Shown here: positions 25,961-39,172 of the stretch, piece after piece
How the letters are laid out: each line of letters opens with the position of its first letter
Numbering within the stretch: position 1 is the stretch's first letter
Assembly: GCF_902652985.1 (NCBI RefSeq)
Contig: NC_047033.1
Coordinates: 24,738,001-24,802,000, forward strand
From: Pecten maximus
Taxonomy: Eukaryota
Length of the DNA: 64,000 nt
Direction of reading: 5' to 3'
Notes under the pieces: generated by a model
Database searches by the model: none
What the model saw: the letters and a program-made list of their open reading frames with translations, nothing else
Told to the model about the DNA's origin: nothing
Program-made: the position numbers and the translations under genes

Positions 25961-26139
25961 ATTGAACCCGTCTGACTTAACCTCTTACAAGAGCACGAGG
26001 TCTTCGCTAAGCTTCATCTCCAGAATCCTCGTGTTTGTTTTTCTGTCCGTTGTCTACACCTGTCCTGGAGTTCCTGATGATAGGATCAAGTTCTTGAATA
26101 GCGAAACTACCGCGGCATGTATAGATTTACATATGATTG

Positions 26140-26450
26140 ATAATATGTAATGATGTTACATATAGGTAATGGTATGTAATATTGTCACATATCATATAAT
26201 TAATGATATATAATTTTGTTACATGTAATTAAGGATATGTAATATTGTTACATGTTATTGAGAATATGTAATGTTGATTCGTGTAATCAAGGATATGTAT
26301 ATTGTTACATATAATTGAGGATATGTCATATTGTTACATATGATAAAGGATATGTCATATTGTTACATATGATAAAGGATATGCAATATTATTACATTTA
26401 ATTAAAGATATGTAATACTGTAACATGTAATCAAGGATATGTAGATTATA
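26140..26450. repeat. Degenerate AT-rich minisatellite of about 29 bp
   Basis: Unit approximately TTGTTACATRTAATTAAGGATATGTAATA. Confidence 0.85.
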
Positions 26451-26965
26451 AAATGTACATATAGTGTTATCATCACAAACACATTAAGGTAATTACTTTG
26501 ATATATTACTCAACAAATCTTTATAAATCTTAATAACTTAAGATACTCTCTAAATATATAATATTTATATATAAATCTCTTATCACAGAAATATATCCAA
26601 TATATCTAAATCGTATAATGGATATAGTTCAACAAAACCTTCATAACGTGGTGCATACACATATGGTATATTTGTTTATAATAAGACATAATATCATATA
26701 TAAACTAACGACATTATCGGTAAACGAAACCCATTCATAAAGCTACCGATATACCTTAAGGAAAGGAATTCCCATTCTCAATAGTACTATATATTGTTGG
26801 TCTGTTTTCCAGTATAAGGTATACTTTTAAATAGAACCTATGTCACCAAAATCATGCCCGTGCCCTGTGGTATCGCCACACCCTTAGCGTATGTGTAGAG
26901 AGGACGATCCCTTTATCAGCTCTCGTGAGATCTGACCTACAACGTGCCTGGTCAGACTCGTGCAG

Positions 26966-27005
26966 TATTATATACTACCTGGCCTGGCTGTGTATTCTTC
27001 ACTGT
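26966..27005 (+). promoter_or_regulatory. Candidate Wnt9 core promoter (TATA-like plus Inr-like)
   Basis: TATATA at 26969-26974 with TCACT (A at 27001) 32 nt downstream, in a locally GC/CpG-richer stretch about 580 nt before the ATG. Based on spacing only. Confidence 0.3.
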
Positions 27006-27576
27006 GGGACTGACTAGCTACAGAGCACCGCAGTACAGCGCGTCGCTACCCCAGTACCTCAATGTCATCGTTACGGGAACCATCTGTTCAGAAAATGTAA
27101 CCTCGTATCAGATTTGATCAAATTTGATTCATCTGTACATACATTCTCATAAAGAAGGATAGTTGTGAATGTAGGTCCCGGCATAGGCTGAGCTAGTACA
27201 CATATATATCTCCACATGTTTCTGGTAGGCTTCGTGTGACATAAGTATTACTATATGAAAACAAGGATTTCTCTCGAACGTCACAGCAGTTCTCGAATTT
27301 TTCTTGGTCATTCTTGACTATTTAATCACTGGAGAATTTCTGTCATTGTTCTCAGCATCCAAACAAGTCAAAGCAATGATGCTCAACCTGGACGATGGCT
27401 CGTGGAAGATAGAACTGCGCAACATGTGTTTATAAATGCCATTCGGATACATTTTCTTTTCTCCTGGAATTTATTCTTAAGTGTGTGTCGTGGATTGATA
27501 TTCCAACTAGGTGTCCGGAGGCATGATTATACTAACCAAGCGTCATGAACATGACTAGGCAGCTCTCTAAGGAACC

Positions 27577-27653
27577 ATGCGAACACCGTCGTTTCAATAC
27601 TGGACATTGCTTGTGTTACTTTTAGGACTAACGTCGGCCTATGGGTACTTTGG
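27577..27653 (+). CDS. Wnt9: Wnt9-family ligand, coding exon 1 (signal peptide)
   Basis: ACCATG start in good context, translating MRTPSFQYWTLLVLLLGLTSAYGYF+GG, followed by the donor GTAAGT at 27654. It has a hydrophobic signal peptide. The phase-2 join to exon 2 gives YFG|LT, as in vertebrate Wnt9 (AYFG|LTG). Confidence 0.9.
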
Positions 27654-28539
27654 GTAAGTATTGATCTTCTTTTAATCTCTCAGTAATTTAATAAAAAAAA
27701 ATGCTTGTTTCAGTTATTTGGACGAAAATCTGTTTTCTTTTACTCCCTGTATTTGCGTAGTTTTAGTATTATGTAAGAATGTTGGTACCTATCTTTGGAA
27801 ACAAGTAAGTCCGTAGCTTTAGTAAGTGGTTCATTACAAATGTGGATTTCAGATAATTATTGTTAATTCTAAGTATTAATCTCTGTGACTAGACATTTTC
27901 AGAAACCATTTTTTATGCCAATGGCGAGGTGAATCTTTATTTATAGGAATTGTAATGTTATAATTATTAATTTCAATGATGGGTGTTATATAACCCTTAA
28001 TTAAGGTAACTTAGGCTGTGATAAAGAAAAAGAGTAAATGTTCGTCTAATTTTAAAATCAGATAGATATGCATCTCCATTTAAAGTCAGTGTTGGTTTCA
28101 TAGAACAAGGCGACTTTTCTAACCAGTGTTATAGGTAAGTATTAGTCTGTTCATTCGTTATCTATATCCATATTGAAATTAGCTGACCGTATTCAGGGAA
28201 TAACGAAGTGCTATTGTGTAATATTCACATGTAATTATTTATAATAGATCTATATTTAAAAGTGTTACTTGTGACCATTACTTTCTATATTCCACTTGAA
28301 TGATTCAGACAATGAAGTTAAACCTTAAACATTTACTAACAAACTGAAAGATTTCGCCGAAATATAAATGTCTTATAACATAACATTTTTGCGAAAGGAT
28401 TCGGAATCAGATCTGACAGAAACGGAACTATTAAAATGTATTTCATTACCTAATATAAGTATTTTACTATTTTAGCACTGGTTAAGTTCATGATTATAGA
28501 TCTGAAGATAATTTGATTACATATGAACGATTAGCATTA

Positions 28540-29375
28540 TATGCCCTGACTACATGTCTCTAAGATTAAATATTAGCTACACTTTTGTACTTTGGTTACA
28601 TGAGTATTTGTCTCTACGATTAAACATTAGTTACTTTGGTAACATGACTATTTGTCTCTAAGATTGAATATTAGTCATTTTGGTAACATGGCTATTTGTC
28701 TCTAAAATTAAATATTAGTTACTTTGGTAACATATGAATGGTTAGCATTATATGCCATGACTATTTGTCTCTAAGATTAAATATTAGTTACTTTGGTAAC
28801 ATGGCTATTTGTCTCTAAAATTAAATATTAGTTACTTTGGTAACATGACTATTTGTCTCTAAGATTGAATATTAGTTACTTTGGTAACATGACTATTTGT
28901 CTCTAAAATTAAATATTAGTCACTTTGGTAACATGACTATTTGTCTCTAAGATTAAATATTAGTCACTTTGGTAACATGACTATTTGTCTCTAAGATTAA
29001 ATATTAGTTACTTTGGTAACATGACTATTTGTCTCTAAGATTAAATATTAGTTACTTTGGTAACATGACTATTTGTCTCTAAGATTAAACATTAGTTACT
29101 TTGGTAACATGACTATTTGTCTCTAAGATTGAATATTAGTCACTTTGGTAACATGGCTATTTGTCTCTAAAATTAAATATTAGTCACTTTGGTAACATGG
29201 CTATTTGTCTCTAAAATTAAATATTAGTCACTTTGGTAACATGACTATTTGTCTCTAAGAGTAAACATTAGTTACTTTGGTAACATGACTATTTGTCTCT
29301 AAGATTGAATATTAGCTACTTTGGTAACATGACTATTTGTCTCTAAAATTAAATATTAGTCACTTTGGTTACATA
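28540..29375. repeat. 44-bp minisatellite (Wnt9 intron 1)
   Basis: Unit CATGACTATTTGTCTCTAAGATTAAATATTAGTTACTTTGGTAA. Confidence 0.97.
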
Positions 29376-30254
29376 TCAAGGATTTACTTAGTAAGATCAT
29401 TTGGTCACCTATTTCAGATTAGATATCAGTTACTTTAAAGAAATATATCTAAGGTTGATATTTGTAATTTTGGTTACACATTTTAGGATCAAGTTGATCA
29501 CGTATGTAAGGTCATAGCAAATGTTGTTCCATATTCTGGTTACAATTGTCAAACATCCCATGCCGAACAGGGGTAACTTAAATTACAGTATTTCAGGAAT
29601 AACGTTAGCTGTTTTTCTTCTTTATCGAAGATTTAACGAGGTATCTTTATTCTAAGGAAACTATCCGATATGCACGCATGCTTAGAAATAACCAGGAAAA
29701 AGAAATTGAATAATTTATGGAGGTTGATTTCTTGACTATTTTATATCTAACGACTGTTTAACCTGTTGATTCTCCTGACTCCCTAGGTTTTATTTCGACC
29801 CTTTTGGCCCCTAGTATCAGTGACGAGTAATGAAAGGGAGCCATAACTGTTTGACGTGTTCTTGAATTCATATTCATTGTACGAGCAACGATCAACTCGT
29901 GTGCTCCCTTGTTACATACCTTAGGTATTAATTATTGATTTGGGAATGACATTTCAAAGGTTTACCTTACTGTGGATGTTGGTTACATTGTAAATATAAA
30001 CAGGTATAAATTGTAACGTCATAAAGTTAATATTTGATTTGTGTGGATAAATAACAGTTACATGTACACGTAATGGTAAGCTATATATTAATGAACAAGC
30101 CAGTTTAATTACATATGCAGTTACTATATAAACTTGGAACAGAAAACTCCCCTTAATATGAATCATAAATTTGTATTCATCTATCTAATGTTGTTAGTTA
30201 AATTTGCCATTTTACTTGTAGATATGTTATATTTGTGACAAAAATAAACACTTA

Positions 30255-30400
30255 GTAGATTTGACCACATAAACTCTTGCCTTAAATTTGACCACGTTAA
30301 CTCGTACCTTAAATTTGACCACATAAAGTCGTGCCTTAAATTTGACCACGTTAACTCGTACCTTAAATTTGACCACGTAAAGTCGTGCCTTAAATTTGAC
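30255..30400. repeat. 27-bp minisatellite, about 5 units with alternating variants
   Basis: CCTTAAATTTGACCACGTTAACTCGTA alternates with ...CACRTAAAGTCGTG. Confidence 0.9.
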
Positions 30401-31479
30401 ACCTTATTTGATATAACCGCGAACAAACGCCTTGTTTGTTAAAACTTACCAGTAAAACACTGAATGGGTTATAACCGCTTTCAAACGTCATGTGTGTTTA
30501 AAATAACCGTTAAACACTGAATTAGCTATATAACCACCTACAACGCCGTGTGTACTAAAATGACTGGTAGATCACTTAATGTAACCGTGGACAAACTCCA
30601 TGTGTGTCAAAACTGACCGGTAGACCATTCTACACTTAATAGTTGACAAACTCCGCGTGTATCAAGACTGACCAGTAGAACATTCTACACTTAATAGTTG
30701 ACGAACTCCGCGTGTATCAAGACTGACCGGTAGAATAGTGAATAGTGTGGAGCAGTCAGATGGTTTGTAGTGATAATGGTTATGTTAGAAAACTCCATAC
30801 TAAGTTTGAGGCAGGCTTCACACACGTACATTAACTACAAATATGTTTCTACAATACATAATGGTCAAGATATTAATATTGGCTAGCAACAGACCGTATT
30901 CCCGGTAACTTATAATGCCATATGACAACTCTATACAAAAAGAAGACGTTATTTCTGTTGAAGATATACTTTGATATATTTGATAATAGACGTAGTAAAA
31001 AGGGATATGTCGATTTTAATAAAAATCATTTTATCATTTCACAAAATAGTTACCTATTCAAACAGCAATAAATATATAGAGATAACACATTGGTGATAGT
31101 TAAACTGCTATAACGAAAAGTTTGTTCTATAAAATGTGCATCTATTATTGAATAACATCTCAGGAGTATAAAGCAGATAATTAAAACATGTTTACTTCAT
31201 ATATACATGTCGAGTTTCTAAGTTACCATTATATGTAACGTTAATGACATCGTGAAACAAACCCGACGGAATTAATCACCTGACTTACGATATATAGTAC
31301 CTACTAGAGATAGGATGTTGTTGCAGTTTAGATCGAACTTCGATAAGAATGCTTTTAATAGCCGTTAACATAAAATTCAATTTACTTCAAGTTTTATTTT
31401 GCATATTACTTTACAAAACTAATATAAATAAAATATGCACACGTGTGAATAGCTCCTTCTGTACATGTAATTTTTAAAA

Positions 31480-31945
31480 TGGTCCTTGTGTCTGAAATAT
31501 CTATAAAAAAGTGCCCTAATTATTGAGTTTGAAATATATCTAAAAAGTGCCCGAACTACTTAGTGTGAAATAGTTCTAACTAGCGAACTTACTATTGAAT
31601 GTGAAATAGTTCTAAATAGCGAACTTACTATTGAATGTGAAAACGTTCTAAATAGCGAACTTACTATTGAGTGTGAAATAGTTCTAAATATCGAACTTAC
31701 TATTGAGTGTGAAATAGTTCTAAATAGCGAATTTACTATTGAGTGTGAAATAGTTCTAAATAGCACCCTAACTATTGAGGGTGAAATAGTTCTAAATAGC
31801 ACCCTAACTATTGAGTGTGAAATAGTTCTAAATAGCGAACTTACTATTGAGTGTGAAATACTTCTAAATATCGCCCAAACTATTGAATGTGAAATAGTTC
31901 TATATTACGTCCTAAGTATTGACTGTCAAATAGATTTAAATACTT
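31480..31945. repeat. 36-bp minisatellite
   Basis: Unit TATTGAGTGTGAAATAGTTCTAAATAGCGAACTTAC. Confidence 0.95.
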
Positions 31946-34032
31946 TTCTAAAACACACGTCATCATAAATCTAATAAGGCAATTACTAATGAGTGTGAAA
32001 CCAACTCTCAATAATGCACTTATAAGTGAAGTCATTACATGTATATTGCACTAACTTTAAAGTTGTGATGGTAACCTGAATAGTGTTTAGGCACTATCTA
32101 TTGAGTGTGGAGTTCGCCTATATTCCAGTATTAATCATGTGGTAACGTTTCGGAAATTGGGTACTGTGCACACTTAATACCTGAAATACATAAAAGAAAA
32201 CAAAGTATTATAAAAAGCTGAGATTTTCTACTTATTCTAAAAACTTCGGGAACATTTTTGAAATTTCTTCAGAAGTATGGCTGTAAATAGGCCTTAAGTA
32301 TGATTTCGTTTTGTTTCCATAAATTGATTTGTTTCAGCCGTTGCAGTGCGGGAAGGTCGTAAATAAAGCTAACTGTAACCACCCCTCCCCTGACCTGTCG
32401 CCTGTTTTATAAAATCTACCAGCTACCTGTTTATCCAGTTATTACATTCACATTTGACCATATACTACACACCTATTGTATTATTCCTTTCCTCTGAATC
32501 CATATTCATATTTACAAGCCATCTACTCCTCTTAAAAATATATGGAGACAGCAATCTTCACAGAGGTTAAACAGCCACGAACCATACCTAGGGAACCTTT
32601 CCTCTGTTTGTAATGATAATTTTCTCGTTTTTTCAGCATCCTTCTTAAAAGCCACAGGCAAGATGGTGGAGTTAAACTGCTGTAAAATATTATGAATCAA
32701 TTTATCAATCGGACAAATATCACGAGTTTCGAGTGCGAAACGTGACATAAGATTGATATAGGGTTTCATTTTAACTCTATCATATAAATCAGATTTATTG
32801 CAGTTTCATCATTTTATCTAACTTTAAAAAAATACCGGTGGAATGGCTCGCGTCATACTTACAATTTACGTAAGGAACATAGTGAAATCAAGGCTGAAAT
32901 ACGTGCTCAGGGCAGAAATGTTGGTTAATGGGCAATTCAAGAAGGTAGCGATGAATTTTTTCTCAGTAAACTTTCATAAACAAGATAAACTATTTTATGT
33001 GAATGACATCTTTTTTCATTCCCGGGTCATTACAAGATGTTCTGAGCTTTGAAGTGAGAATAACTGATACACATCAAAAGAGATATTACATGTAGGTGTC
33101 GGGGTTACGGTGCCATCTTTAACCCTATAGCCTTCTTTATAAACGGGACATTAATCTGTTCATTTGACATCTACATGGGTAGATCTTTATGACTTAATTA
33201 CAATAAATCATATACCTCTCCGATAGACCTCTCACACAAGACTTGTATGACGTTTTCATGTATTTCTAAGTGTTTCCGTATTTTCCATTTGTAACTTCAT
33301 ATCACAGACAAGGATAAGACAATCGTGTTTGTTATGTTTTTATCGGGTAGGTTTGGCACTTTAATGTTTTCGTGCACTGATAATATATACCATAAGTTTA
33401 ACATGAATTGACGACATTCTTGGCTTTTTTTAAAAACGTTTATTAAACCATATATCTTATCTTTATTGACAAACATGAGACTATTGACTAGAAAATTATT
33501 TATGTATTTAAAGAAGATAATATATCAGGCAGCATTCCGTTAACACAGAATAGAAACATCTTCGATTTGTAAAGCACTGAAGCCGACATTCAGATAAACA
33601 TCGCATTGGCAGACATCAATATAATCATGTTTAGTTGGTCAGATATGGTATTGCTTAGTTTAATTAAAATTAATTAGTCTCGCGAATGGTTTAGCACTTA
33701 GCGTCCTGAATGGCGTCTCAGAAAACATATCGTCATATCATCACTGTTGTTGTTGACGGAAGGGTAGGTAGAGAGGGAGGGATGGGTGTCACATCACCAA
33801 CATCACTGTCACAAAATCAAAATCTACCACACCATTACCACACACCACATCATGAAACAACTAGACATTAAATTCAACATTGAGGAACAGAAGGACCATA
33901 TCCCTGCAAAGGTTACCTTTTAGTGGATTGATAAAACTAATGTAAGAACTTTATCCTTTAATACATAGCTTTATCGTTTAAAAATCATTGCTATTTTGAG
34001 TTCCATGGATATTAATCAACACTTTCGGCCCT

Positions 34033-34078
34033 TATTCACACTGAGGAGCCCTAGAAGGACGAAACAGCTGTATGAATA
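34033..34078 (+). ncRNA. Minimal type I hammerhead ribozyme motif, probably degenerate
   Basis: TATTCA-ca-CTGAGGA-GCCC-TAGAA-GGAC-GAAA-CAGCTG-TA-TGAATA. It has the core CUGANGA/GAAA, a stem II with one mismatch, palindromic stem III ACAGCTGT and stem I TATTCA/TGAATA. Confidence 0.7.
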
Positions 34079-34356
34079 TTAATTTCTAATATTTGGTCTA
34101 CCTGTATCTAACTTCTGATTTGTGTTGATTGTAATCCCCTTCTATTTCCGTGGGACAACATCATATTGGTACTTGTATGTTCTATATTTCTGTTGATATC
34201 ACTGTGCTAAACTAACATTCAACTTATTGCACTAGACCTGCTAGTAAAATGCAGATTATGATAAAAGGTTAATTGTAGCATGTATATATCTTTTACACTA
34301 TTTAAGTACAATTCTGCTTATGTCAATTTCAATAATGCCTCCACGTGTGCAGCTCT

Positions 34357-36280
34357 TGTTAACCTCACACCCTACCTGTGACTCGTGTTAACCTCACACC
34401 CTACCTGTGACACGTGTTAACCTCACACCTTACCCCTGACCCGTGTTAACCTCACACCTTACCTGTGACTCGTTCATCCTGTGTTAACCTCACACCCTAC
34501 CTGTGACACGTGTTAACCTCACACCCTACCTGTGACCAGTGTTAACCTCACACCCTACCTGTGACTCGTGTTAACCTCACACCCTACCTGTGACCAGTGT
34601 TAACCTCACACCCTACCTGTGACCAGTGTTAACCTCACACCCTACCTGTGACCAGTGTTAACCTCACACCCTACCTGTGTTAACCTCACACCCTACCTGT
34701 GACCAGTGTTAACCTCACACCCTACCTGTGTTAACCTCACATCCTACCTGTGACCAGTGTTAACCTCACACCCTACCTGTGACTCGTGTTAACCTCACAC
34801 CCTACCTGTGACTCGTGTTAACCTCACACCCTACCTGTGTTAACCTCACATCCTACCTGTGACCAGTGTTAACCTCACACCCTACCTGTGACTCGTGTTA
34901 ACCTCACATCCTACCTGTGACCAGTGTTAACCTCACACCCTACCTGTGACCCGTGCTAACCTCACACCCTACCTGTGACCCGTGCTAACCTCACACCCTA
35001 CCTGTGACTCGTGCTAACCTCACACCCTACCTGTGACCCGTGTTAACCTCACACCCTACCTGTGACTCGTGCTAACCTCACACCCTACCTGTGACTCGTG
35101 TTAACCTCACACCTTACCTGTGACCCGTGTTAACCTCACACCCTACCTGTGACTCGTGCTAACCTCACACCCTACCTGTGACTCGTGTTAACCTCACACC
35201 TTACCTGTGACCCGTGTTAACCTCACAACCTACCTGTGACTCGTGCTAACCTCACACCCTACCTGTGACTCGTGTTAACCTCACACCCTACCTGTGACTC
35301 GTGTTAACCTCTCACCCTACCTGTGTTAACCTCACAACCTACCTGTGACTCATGTTAACCTCACACCCTACCTGTGACTCGTGTTAACCTCACACCCTAC
35401 CTGTGACTCGTGTTAACCTCACACCCTACCTGTGACACGTGTTAACCTCACACCCTACCTGTGACTCGTGTTAACCTCACACCTTACTAGTGACTCGTGT
35501 TAACCTCACACCCTACCTGTGACTCATGTTAACCTCACACCTTACCTGTGACTCATGTTAACCTCACACCTTACCTGTGACTCGTGTTAACCTCACACCC
35601 TACCTGTGCCTCGTGTTAACCTCACACCTTACTAGTGACTCGTGTTAACCTCACACCTTACTAGTGACTCGTGTTAACCTCACACCTTACTAGTGACTCG
35701 TGTTAACCTCACACCTTACTAGTGACTCGTGTTAACCTTACACCCTACCTGTGACTCGTGTTAACCTCACACCTTACTAGTGACTCGTGTTAACCTCACA
35801 CCCTACCTGTGCTCTCGCGCAAACATCACACCCTACCTGTGACTCATGTTAACCTCACACCTTACCTGTGACTCATGTTAACCTCACACCTTACCTGTGA
35901 CTCGTGTTAACCTCACACCTTACTAGTGACTCGTGTTAACCTCACACCTTACTAGTGACTCGTGTTAACCTCACACCCTACCTGTGACTCGTGTTAACCT
36001 CACACCCTACCTGTGACTCATGTCAACCTCACACCTTACCTGTGCTCTCGCGCAAACATCACACCCTACCTGTGACTCGTGTTAACCTCACACCCTACCT
36101 GTGACTCGTGTTAACCTCACACCCTACCTGTGCTCTCGCGCTAACATCACACCCTACCTGTGACCCGTGTTAACCTCACACCCTACCTGTGACTCGTGTT
36201 AACCTCACACCCTACCTGTGACCCGTGTTAACCTCACACCTTACCTGTGCTCTCGCGCTAACATCACACCCTACTTGTTA
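34357..36280. repeat. 29-bp minisatellite, about 65 units
   Basis: Unit GTGTTAACCTCACACCCTACCTGTGACTC. Confidence 0.98.
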
Positions 36281-37414
36281 CTTGACACTGGTTGATTAGC
36301 TCTATTAATGCTTATATTAAGTCATAATTATGTTTCCACTATCTGTTCCGTACCTGTACATTACAGGTAAAATATCTCCATTCTTAGCATTCACGGTCGG
36401 ATGTAGCGAGCTGCATCCCCATCAGTTAGGTAGCGACATATGACAAGAAGGTATGCTGCCATCCTGCATGATTTACCGGCGTCCTCACACCATTAACATG
36501 TCAATCAGACACGGACAGATGTAACTACTACACACACTAGCTACATGTGTTGACATTGTTGACATGCTACTAACATTTGTAAATAAATACTACAAAACAT
36601 ACTGATTTTAGTATCAAGACGGATTAACACTTTCAAATTAATTACATAACTGGTAATTAGCTAAACATAATTATAAGTAAGAAACCTGTGTTAAGATTAC
36701 ATATCATTTTGATTGCCGGAGGCAGTTCAATTTCACTGTTTTTTTTGGTGTAGGGGTAGCAATGATTTCTTAATAAAAAAAATACATGTAATTCAGTGAT
36801 TCCAATTCTTTACCGGAAGTGGTCTTAAGGTCACAGGGCAGAGGTCGCGGCGGGAAAAAAAGCTTCTTGTGGGATTTTTTTAAACAGAACGTATCCATTT
36901 CCTTTCCCCTTTCTCTTTTTCTCCTCCTTCTTCTATATCTACCTTAGCCTCTGATACCGTCCGAGTGTCTGTATCCTTAAAGCTCTAATAATGACAATAC
37001 CCAAGCACATACCAGAAACAGGTTATCCGAGGAAAACAATTGACATTAGTGGACAAATTTCAATATGATTTGTGACGTCATCAATCGAATGGTAATAGCA
37101 TAGTATCTCCTTCCAACAATGTTACCTTTAATAATTTCGAATCACAATGGGGCTCCCGATGGGGGTGTCAGCATAATCAATGCGACTTTTACGCATTGGT
37201 TTGGTATGGTCGTAGAAAAGGATATACCGTAGTCATCACCTTTATGATGAAAACCAGGGCTTTTTCTCTTTAAAATCACTTCAGAGCTTTGCATACATAC
37301 ATTTTTGCAATTCCTACTTTTACATCATAATCATTTAACAAAATTGTGCTTGTATTTTCATTACCTGTACAAAAGAGCATGCGTACATTAATGCATACAT
37401 AAACACAAAATCTA

Positions 37415-37570
37415 CTCCTCCTTAACCCCCCCCTAGCCCCTCCTCCTCCTTAACCGCTCCCCTCCCATCCTTAACCCCCTCCTCCTCCAACGCCGCCTTC
37501 TCCTCCTTCATACCCCCTCCCCTCCCCCTTAACCCCACCTCCCTCCTCCTCCTCCTCCTCCTCCTTTTTT
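37415..37570. repeat. Pyrimidine-rich low-complexity tract ending in (CCT)n
   Basis: Repeated CCTTAACCCCC and CCTCCT motifs. Confidence 0.85.
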
Positions 37571-38400
37571 ACTCCCTGTTGTATATATGTAGTTTGATCA
37601 TAAATATCTTCTCGGGGAGGAAATATCCGTAACTCTCAGTTTTGTAAAGGGACTTGAGGATCCTTTAATCAATTATTACGGAGAACAATAAGGTGCTGTG
37701 TTGAGCTATTGTGTTACTAATAAAATCATCATAACAATTATCTTTCTTAGATATTGCATATTACGTTAACACATGTTTAACACACAAAAGTTCCACGACG
37801 ACATTATTATGTATATCCACACATTTAAAATGGTTACTGAATGGTTCCTACACGTACGTAACACTCTATACTAATCAATTTAACTCTTTATTATCATTTA
37901 TTCCATATATTTCAGTTTTGTAAATCATCATGAGAACGTTGCGAAGGGTAGAACGAATATTGGGTACGTGCTTTCTCATTTACAGTCAAGGGAATTAAGA
38001 TCAATATTTATACATTTCGTGTCAATGAGTTTGACCTTTAATGTACAAACAATTTGCTTTTAATCTACAATCGAGAAACAATACACCAAGATGGAAAATA
38101 ATAAAGGGCTAGGAAGAACAATTAATGTAGATATATTTAACATTTAGTTGAAAAAAATTCCGTGCCCATATTGTTACACAAAATGGTGGTAGTCGACACA
38201 AAGCACTCTTTAGTATTCCATTTTTGTAAATATACCTAACGAATTTTATTGATTGTAACATGAAAAAGCTAATCTACCGACAAATAGTTTTAGTTGTCAT
38301 AATCTCCTGGTATTGTCTCCTGATCGATGAAGGAGTAGGAGCTTTGATCCTTACTGATCGGGCCTCAAACTATCGATATTTTATCGTTTGCCTTTCTTAG

Positions 38401-38678
38401 GTTGACTGCCTGGGACCCCATGCTATCTCACAGCTATAACTTCGAGGATAACTACATCGACGACGGGCGAGGAAACAGGGGCATTTCCTCCACCAAACTG
38501 TGTGAAATGATGAACTTGCACAAAAAGCAAAAACGTATGTGCCGGAGAGGGCGTGGCGTGGCACGGACTTTACTGGACGCTATTGAGCTCTCTGTTATGG
38601 AGTGTCAGTTTCAGTTTCAGAAAGAGCGATGGAATTGCTCCCTTTCGGAGCCCCATAGGCGCAACCTTCTCAAGAAAG
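38401..38678 (+). CDS. Wnt9: Wnt9-family ligand, coding exon 2
   Basis: Acceptor cctttcttAG ends at 38400 and donor G|GTAAGT starts at 38679. Encodes LTAWDPML...CEMMNLHKKQKRMCRRGRGVARTLLDAIELSVMECQFQFQKERWNCSL...LLKK, with the Wnt ECQxQFxxxRWNC motif and the Wnt9-type KQxRMCRR. Confidence 0.95.
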
Positions 38679-39172
38679 GTAAGTACAATGTAGTTTTAGA
38701 ATGCTTAATTTACGAATTGATACATAAGGATCATAAGAAAGCATTTTTTGTTTCAACGTAAATCTGCCGAAAGTGCTATCAAATTTTCACAAGGACCAAA
38801 TGTATTGAAAAATTGTGTGTAGGAATGGCCTGGAGCATTTTTTTTGTTACAACTTCATTTTTACTCGAAGTCCCTACTGGAAATGAAGGATTTACGGTTG
38901 GCTTCTGGAACCTAGCACTTAAAATCATTTTTACGAAACTATGATGATAAATTTGTCCACCTTCCTCTTGTTGTCGAACTTTGCCATATGCAGTCGATGC
39001 TAAAGATTTTAGATTTAGTTAATTGCTTCATTTTATGAATTGATGTTAAACATTTGAATGAATAAGAAATATGGAATCATCGCATGCGTTACTTAGCCCG
39101 GACTTTCCAACACCATCTAGTTCAATGTAATAAAAACCTGGCTCGAACTTTTAGTAATATTGTTAACATATC

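Noticed and set aside
26070-26120. CTGATGA...CGAAAC hammerhead candidate
   Set aside because: There is no closing pair for stem II and no stem I or III. The segment may be a DIRS-like terminal remnant, but I cannot support that.
38342-38349. TCF/LEF site CTTTGATC before exon 2 as Wnt feedback
   Set aside because: CTTTGAT occurs scattered through the window with no visible enrichment.
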